NCBI GenBank assembly: GCA_963575745.1
Contig: CAUYUJ010000015.1
Span: 496,001-560,000, forward strand
DNA: 64,000 bases
Direction of reading: 5' to 3'
DNA from: Prorocentrum cordatum
Lineage: Eukaryota
Each line of letters begins with the position of its first letter. The first letter of the stretch is position 1. Below, in pieces: positions 62,983 through 64,000 of the stretch. The notes beneath the pieces were generated by a model, which worked only from the letters and a program-made list of their open reading frames with translations, did not search any database and was not told the DNA's origin. Made by a program: the position numbers and the translations under genes.

Positions 62983-63940
62983 CCGCACCTGGCGCGCACC
63001 TGACGCACCTGGCGCACCTGGCGCACACCTGGCGCGCACCTGGCGCGCACATGGCGCGCACCTGGCGCACCTGGCGCGCTGGGCGCACCTGACGCACCTG
63101 CCGCACCTGCCGCACCTGCCGCACCTGGCGCACACCTGGCACACCTGGTGCATCTGGAGCACCTGGCGCACCTGGCGCGCTGGGCGCACCTGGCGCACCT
63201 GCTACACCTAGAGCAGACCTGGCGCGCCTGTCGCACCTGGCGCACCTGGCGCACCTGGCGCACCTGTCGCATCTGGCGCACATGGCGCACCTGGTTCGCT
63301 TGGCGCGCCTGGCGCAACTGGCGCACCTGGCACACCTGGCGCAACTGGCGCACCTGGCGCACATGGCGCGCACCTGGCGCACACCTGGCGCACACCTGGC
63401 GCACACCTGGCGCACCTGGCGCGCGCCTGGCGCGCACCTGGCGCGCACCTGACGCGCTGGGCGCACCTGGTGCACCTGGCGCGCTGGGAGCACCTGGCGC
63501 GCACCTGGTGCACCTGGCGCGCTGGGCGCACCTGACGCACCTGGCGCACCTGGCGCAAACATGGCGCACCTGGCGCACACCTGGCGCACACCTGGCGCGC
63601 TAGGCGCACCTGGCGCACACCTGGCGCACACCTGGCGCACCTGGCGCACTTGGCGCGCTGGGCGCACCTTGCGCACCTGGCGCGCCTGGCGCCACTGGCG
63701 CACCTGGCGCACCTGGCGCGCCTGGCGCGCCTGGCGCACCTGGCGTACCTGGCGCACACCTGGCGCACATTTGGCGCACCTGGCGCGCCTGGCGCATCTG
63801 GCGCACCTGGCGCGCCTGGCGCGCCTGGCGCACCTGGCGCACCTGGCGCACCTGGCGCACCTGGCGCACCTGGCGCACCTGGCGCACCTGGCGCACCTGG
63901 CGCACCTGGCGCGCCTGGCGCGCTTGGCTCACCTGGCGCG
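62983..63940. repeat. (CACCTGGCG)n 9 bp minisatellite
   Basis: Direct inspection; the collagen-like PGA ORF is an artefact. Confidence 0.95.
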
Positions 63941-64000
63941 CATGGGCTTTGGGGAGGCTCAGCGGAGGTACGTCCTACGCAGATCACCACTATACCATGG

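Noticed and set aside
62750..63990. Collagen-like (PGA)n ORF
   Set aside because: A 9 bp minisatellite open in several frames and embedded in a satellite

Overview
Repeat-dominated eukaryotic DNA, most likely from a dinoflagellate. That assignment is inferred from a near-perfect dinoflagellate spliced-leader relic at 18287-18308, AG|GC-type exon-like segments, GC richness and very long microsatellites. A large share of the window is simple or tandem repeat, and most of the rest is mobile DNA. (1) About 2.2-10.8 kb is a lower-GC island of four co-oriented, apparently intronless genes: an SF3/Rep-type P-loop helicase, a KDZ (Kyakuja-Dileera-Zisupton) transposase and two orphan ORFs. Each is followed by a cluster of 3-4 copies of the palindrome GTCAAC-N5-GTTGAC (14 copies in total, same orientation, none seen elsewhere in the window). 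This is the best candidate for an undescribed system. (2) A ~450 bp AT-rich near-perfect palindrome is flanked by oppositely oriented 27-28 bp satellite arrays. (3) A decayed LINE lies downstream of the spliced-leader relic. (4) A Penelope-like retroelement has an N-terminal GIY-YIG domain, 433 bp direct repeats and extra cargo ORFs. (5) Two diverged copies of an atypical APE-RT non-LTR element each carry a conserved WW-domain gene downstream of the RT and sit within (CA/TG)n tracts. (6) Several satellite-bearing non-autonomous elements share one hairpin terminus. All protein assignments come from recognising motifs by eye; no database searches were run.
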